DNA from: an uncultured delta proteobacterium
GTDB lineage: Bacteria > Myxococcota > Myxococcia > Myxococcales > Myxococcaceae
DNA length: 64,000 nucleotides
Direction: 5' to 3'
Assembly: GCA_963771175.1 (NCBI GenBank)
Contig: CAVYSY010000046.1
Location: forward strand, 128,001-192,000
The position numbers and the translations under genes are program-made. Below the pieces are notes generated by a model, which saw nothing but the letters and a program-made list of their open reading frames with translations, was not told the origin of the DNA and made no database searches. Shown here one piece after another: positions 50,519-64,000 of this stretch (position 1 is its first letter; the number at the start of each line of letters is the position of its first letter).

Positions 50519-53500
50519 ATGGCGATACCGAACTACCGGCTGACGGAAAAACTGGGAGCTGGCCCATATTCCTCCGTCTTCAAGGGCTGGCACAAGGACT
50601 CGCCCCAGCGCCCGCTTGTCATCAAGATTCTCAAGCCGGAGGTCGGCTCGCTAAGTCGGAAGCGGTATTTCAGGCAGAAGATCGAGCACCTGAGCACCCT
50701 GAACGACGAGCGACTCATCCCGCCGTCCGACTTCATCGAGCATCGCGGCTTCCAGGTCATCGTCCGGGATTACTTCAACGGCCTGACGCTCGACCAGTGG
50801 GCCAAGACCCAGCCCAGAATCTCGCTGGAGTCGTTCTTCGACCTCGCATGCAAGCTCGCCGACGCAGTCGAGGCCTCTCACAAGGTGGGCATCATCCATG
50901 GGGGCATCAAGCCGCACAACATCCTCGTCCAGCCCGCCACGGGAGAGATTCGACTCGTCGACTTCCTCACCCCGATGGATGTCCGCAACGTCAGTCATTT
51001 CATCTATGACCGCGCGTTCGTCGAAGGGACGCTTGCCTACACCTCACCCGAACAGACGGGCCGGATCAGCCATCGCGTTGGCTTCACGACCGACCTCTAT
51101 TCCCTCGGAATCGTGCTGTATGAGCTGCTGTCGGGCCGGCTGCCGTTCTTCTCGACCGATCCGCTCGAGCTCATCCATTCGCACCTGGCGGAGGAGGCTC
51201 CTCCAGTCCACGAGCTCAACCCCGACGTGCCGCCGATGGTGAGCAGGATCATCGCCAGGCTCACTCGTGAAGGAACCGGAGAAGCGCTACCAGTCGGGGG
51301 CGGGCCTTCTGGCGGATCTCCAGCGGTGCAGGGAGGAGTACAGGGCGCACGGTGGAGCCGTCGGCGAGTTCGCCCTGGGGACCCGCGACCGGACGCACCG
51401 GGTGATGTTCGTCTCGAAGATGGTCGGCCGCGACAAGGAGGCGAAGACCATCCTCGGTGAATACGAGCAGGTCGCGAACGGGGCATTTCGCAGCCTCCTG
51501 ATCTCCGGCTACTCGGGAATCGGGAAGACGCGCCTCATCCAGGAGCTCCAGCGGCCCATCGTCAAGAGCCACGGCTACTTCACGTCAGGGAAGTTCGACG
51601 TCTACCAGAAGAACATTCCCTACAGCTCCATGATTCAGGCGTTCCGGAATCTCATCCGGACCATCCTGACGGAGAGCAACGAGCGAGTGGCCTGCTGGAA
51701 GAGGCGAATCCTGGAGGCCGTTGGGAGCCGCGGGCGAGTCATCACGGAGATTGTCCCTGAGCTCGAGACGCTCATCGGGCCCCAACCCGAGGTGCCGGCA
51801 CTTCCTCCCATCGAGGCCCGGAACCGCTTCCACGACGTCTTCGGCAGGTTCCTCGGCTGTCTCGCGAGCGCTGAGAGCCCCCTCGTCCTTTTCATCGACG
51901 ACCTCCAGTGGTGCGATATCGCCACCCTGGAGTTCCTCGCGAACATCTTCGCGGACGCCCAGGAGCATCCGTACCTGTTCCTCCTGGGCGCGTACCGCGA
52001 CAACGAGGTCGACGACAGCCATCCCTTGTCGAAGTTGGTGCGCTGCATCCGGGCGGGGGGCAGCCCCTCAAGGAAATCCATCTCGGGGCGCTCCAGGCCG
52101 AGCACACCCATGAGATGGTGTCCTACATCCTGGCCTCTCCGCTGCAGGCCACCCAGTCCCTGGCGCACTTCATCTTCGATTTGACGGAGGGCAACCCGCT
52201 GTTCGTCAGCGAGAGCCTGTCCTATCTCCACAACGAGAACCTGCTCTCCCTCGATGAAGACACGCACGAGTGGCACTGGAACATGGCGAAGATTCGCCAG
52301 ACCCGGATGCCCTCCAGTGTCGTCACCATCTTCAGCTCGAAGGTGCAGAGGCTTCCCAAGGAGACCGTCGACCTTCTGGAGTCCTGCGCCTGCATGGGCA
52401 ACTCGTTCCATGCGGAGGACCTCGCCCAGGCGCGTGAGCTGAGCGTCGCCGAGGTGTTCCGGAGGCTGAACCCCGCGCTGAGCCACTGGCTGCTCGTCGA
52501 GAACAGGGAGCAGTTGCAGTTCGTGCACGACAAGGTCCAAGAGGCGATCCTGAGTGCGATACCCGGGGATCGGCGCCGGCGGATTCACGCGCGGCTGGGG
52601 CGGCACTTCCTGTCGCGGGTGCCTCCCGGTACGGACCTGCAGGAGGCCGACCATCTCTTCATGATTGCCTCGCACATGAACCTGGGGCGCGAGCCAGTCC
52701 TCGAGACCGAGGCGGCCTACGCGCTCTCTCATGTCAACTACTGCGCTGGCTCCAAGGCGCTCGAGTCCCTGGCGACCGAGGCGGCAAACGACTACTTCCA
52801 CAAGAGCCTGGAAGCCCTGCCCGAGGACTGCTGGGAGGTCCAGTACGAACGCACCTTCAAGATCCTCCAGAAGCTCGCGAAGACGGAGCTCATGGTGGGT
52901 CGGTCCGAGAAGTCGGAGTCGCTCCTCAACCAGCTCCTCGAGCACGCCAGGTCCGAGCTGGACAAGGCAGAGGCGCTCGCGGAGCAGACCACGTCGCTCT
53001 CTTCGATTGGCAACTTCGCCAAGGCCATCGAGACCGCGAATCGAGGGCTCGCGTTCTTCGGCAAGTCGCTGCCAGAAGAGGGGGCGCTCGCGGAGCGCAA
53101 GCGCGACGCCATCATGGCCGAGATCGACGCCGGGTATTCCGACGTCTGGTCCACCATCCTTCGCATGCCGTTCACGGAGGACAGGAAGAGCAAGGTGGAG
53201 CTCGCGTTCTACGCCGAGCTCATCCCCGACCTCTACCTGTCAGGGCTCGTCCCCCAGCTCTATCTGTCGGCCGCGCAGTCCACGCGGAACTGCCTCGCCG
53301 GAGGCATGGACGAGTCAGTCATCTATTCGTTCTCCATCATGGGGCTCTTCCTGGGGGAGCAGGGGCGGTTCGAGGAGGCCTTCAGGTACGAGGACCTGGC
53401 GAAGAACCTCTCCGAGAGACACCCCAACACCTTCGGCGCCACTCGCGGAATCAATGGCGTCGTCTGGTGCAACATGCACTCCCGCAGTCGGCCGGAGGAG

Positions 53501-55759
53501 ATCGTCAAGTACTGCCACAAGGGCATCCAGTCCGGGAAGAACTGCGGGGACCTGTACAACGCCGGGCTTTGCTACGGCCCGTTGATGTGGAACCTCCAGG
53601 TGCGCGGAGCGAACCTGCTGGAGATCGAGAGTTGCGCGCGCGAGTGCCTGCTGTTCTCGCAGAAGTTTCAGCTCTCCTTCTCCGTGGGTCTGGCGGAGTC
53701 CATGGAGGCCGGATGGATCAGGCCGTTCAGGAAGGACTACAGCCCCCTCCCCATGGAGGAGAAGATAGCGAAGTGGAAGGCGGCCAATCACATCGCTTCC
53801 ATTGGGGCGTACTACGTGCTCCTCGGCCTCGCGTCGTACTATTTCGGCGAACATGAGGCCGCGGAAGTGAATCTCCAGTGTGCCGCCCGATACATGCACG
53901 GCCTGACCGACAACGTCCTCAAGCGCCAGTGGTATGTGTTCCGGGCCCTCAACGCCATCCGCCTCCATGCGCGGGGACTGTCCTACAAGTCCCACGAGGA
54001 GCTCATGGAATATGTCGGCCCCCTACTCGGAAAGGTGGAGACGTGGGCAGGACTCGGGCCGCTGCTCGTGCCCTATCTGATGCTTCTTCGTGCGGAGCTG
54101 CAGCGCATCGCGGGGGATTTCAGGGCGACGAGAGGAGCCTATCTCGACGCAATCGATGCTGCCCGGAGGGAGGGCTATACGTTCCTCGAAGGGCACATGA
54201 ACGAGCGTCTGGGCATGTTGCTGCGGGAGTCCGCGGCGCCGACAGCCGACGTGTATCTCAAGAGCGCGATGCGGCTGTACCGGGAGTGTCACGCGGAGCG
54301 GGCGGAGGCCTTGCTGGCCGAGAGGTTCCCGGACTCCGTGGAGGAGGTTCGGGCGGTCTCGGGTGAGGCCGAGGCTTCCCCGACGCTTCCGAGCCTCGAT
54401 GTGGACTACCTCATGAAGTCCGCACGCTCCATTTCGGCGGAAATCGATACGGAGTCGCTCCAGAAGAAGATCATGAACGTGGTGCTCGAGTCGTCCGGCG
54501 CGCAGCATGGTTACCTGCTGCTGGCGGAGGGCGGCGAGCTGCTCGTCGTGGCGGAGAGCCATGTCGGTGAGAGCCGGTCGCGCGGGGCCCTGCGTCGAAA
54601 GCTGAGCGAGTCCCCGGAAATCTGCGGGTCCATCGTGCGCTACGTCTCCAGGACGAAGCAGCCGCTGATTCTCGATTCCGCCTCCGAGCGCGGCCCGTTC
54701 ACGAACGACCAGGAGACACAGGCCCTGAAGTTGCGTTCGGTCTTCTGTCTTCCTCTCCTCGAGAAGGCGAGGCTGCTCGGCGTGCTGTATCTCGAGAATC
54801 GGCTCTCCGACTCCGTGTTCACGGAGGCCCGGACCGAGATGACCCGCCTCCTGGCCGCCCAGGCGGTGATTTCACTCGACAACGCCGAGCTCGTCGAGCG
54901 CATGCGGCGAGCGGAAGAGCAGATCAGCGCCTCGCTTCGTGAGAAGGACGTCCTTCTGGGTGAGATCCAGCAACTGCTCGCCAGGGAGCAGGCGGCGAGG
55001 GCCGAGGCCCAGGAGGCCAACCGCGAGAAGGACATCTTTCTCGCGAAGCTCTCTCATGAGCTCCGGACTCCGCTGACGCCCATCCTGGCGTGGTCTCAGG
55101 CGCTGAGGCAGGGAAAGCTCTGCCCGGAAAAAATCGCCAAGGCGGCCCTGGTCATCGAGCGCAGCGCCAGGGGGCAGCGGCAGCTCGTCGAGGACCTGCT
55201 GGATGTCTCGAGAATCGTTCTTGGCAAGCTCTCCCTGGAGCGCCAGGAGGTCGCCGTCCCGGACGTCCTGGAGGCGGCGATCGACTCCGTTCGACCCGCG
55301 GCGGAGGAGAAGCCCATTCGGCTCGTGGTGGACCTCGCCCTGAGGGTGCCACCGATTCGTGGGGATGCGGGCCGGCTACAGCAGGTCTTCGCGAACCTGC
55401 TCACCAACGCGGTCAAGTTCACGCCGGCGGGAGGGGAGGTCTTCGTCCGGTTGCGGGCCGGTGTCATGCCGGCCCAGCCCGGGCGAGAGGCTGTCGTCGT
55501 CGAGGTCTCGGACTCGGGGCAGGGGATTGATCCGGCGTTCCTTCCTCGCGTGTTCGATCGTTTCTCGCAGGGAGACGACTCGATGGCTCGTTCACGCCGC
55601 GGGCTGGGGCTCGGGCTCTCCATCGTGCGAAGCATGGTCTTGCTGCACGGTGGCAGCGTGGAGGCTGAAAGCCCGGGCCTTGGGCGCGGGGCAACGTTCC
55701 GGGTCGTCCTCCCGGTGGGCGTGCCCCGGCTCATCGCCTCCAGCGCGCAGCCCTCATGA
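50519..55759 (+). CDS. Hybrid Ser/Thr kinase-like / AAA ATPase / GAF / histidine kinase (frameshifts near 51265 and 52060)
   Basis: Kinase fold (VIK, GTLAYTSPEQTGR, TDLYSLG); GYSGIGKT and FIDDLQW; TEGNPLF; GAF (GVLYLEN); HELRTPL, NLLTNAVKFT, DSGQG, GLGLGL. Confidence 0.9.
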
Positions 55760-55780
55760 GCCGCACGCCGCTCCGGCTCC

Positions 55781-64000
<8,220 letters not shown>

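Overview
This is a GC-rich chromosomal window that looks myxobacterial (Myxococcaceae/Archangiaceae-like), judged from gene content: TIGR02266-type PilZ protein, many lipoproteins, Ser/Thr kinase-AAA-His kinase hybrid, NRPS. Bases 1-43 kb are mostly a conserved backbone. It holds a site-2 protease, mlaE/F/D, a PfkB kinase, psd, hisS, miaA, a REC-GGDEF diguanylate cyclase paired with a flavoprotein-REC fusion, tRNA-Leu(CAA), an RsmB-type methylase, three tRNA-Ala(GGC), a polyprenyl synthase and a class I FBP aldolase. It also holds a sphingolipid synthesis/export locus (TolC, MlaC, GNAT ceramide-synthase-like gene, Spt, MMPL, PAP2) and a B12 acyl-CoA mutase/HMG-CoA lyase operon. Between hisS and miaA lies the best candidate for an undescribed system, a tightly coupled six-gene operon (12040-17254). 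It encodes a soluble S26-type peptidase, a stand-alone PqqD/RRE, a lipoprotein, a 1020-aa secreted Ig-like/beta-propeller protein, a 60-aa precursor-like peptide (YxxP leader motif, ALA-Q site, two-Cys core) and an HPr-kinase-like P-loop protein. No cyclase or radical SAM gene is present. Bases 43-64 kb look accessory: a SulP-gamma-carbonic-anhydrase fusion with two SPFH genes, a polysaccharide lyase, DUF3224, a Vps62-like lipoprotein, a hybrid kinase with a degenerate catalytic loop, and the 3' end of an NRPS (predicted Ile/Val then Asp, ending in an E domain). Many single-base frameshifts, even in hisS, point to assembly errors rather than pseudogenes. All family calls come from motif recognition by eye; no database searches were run.
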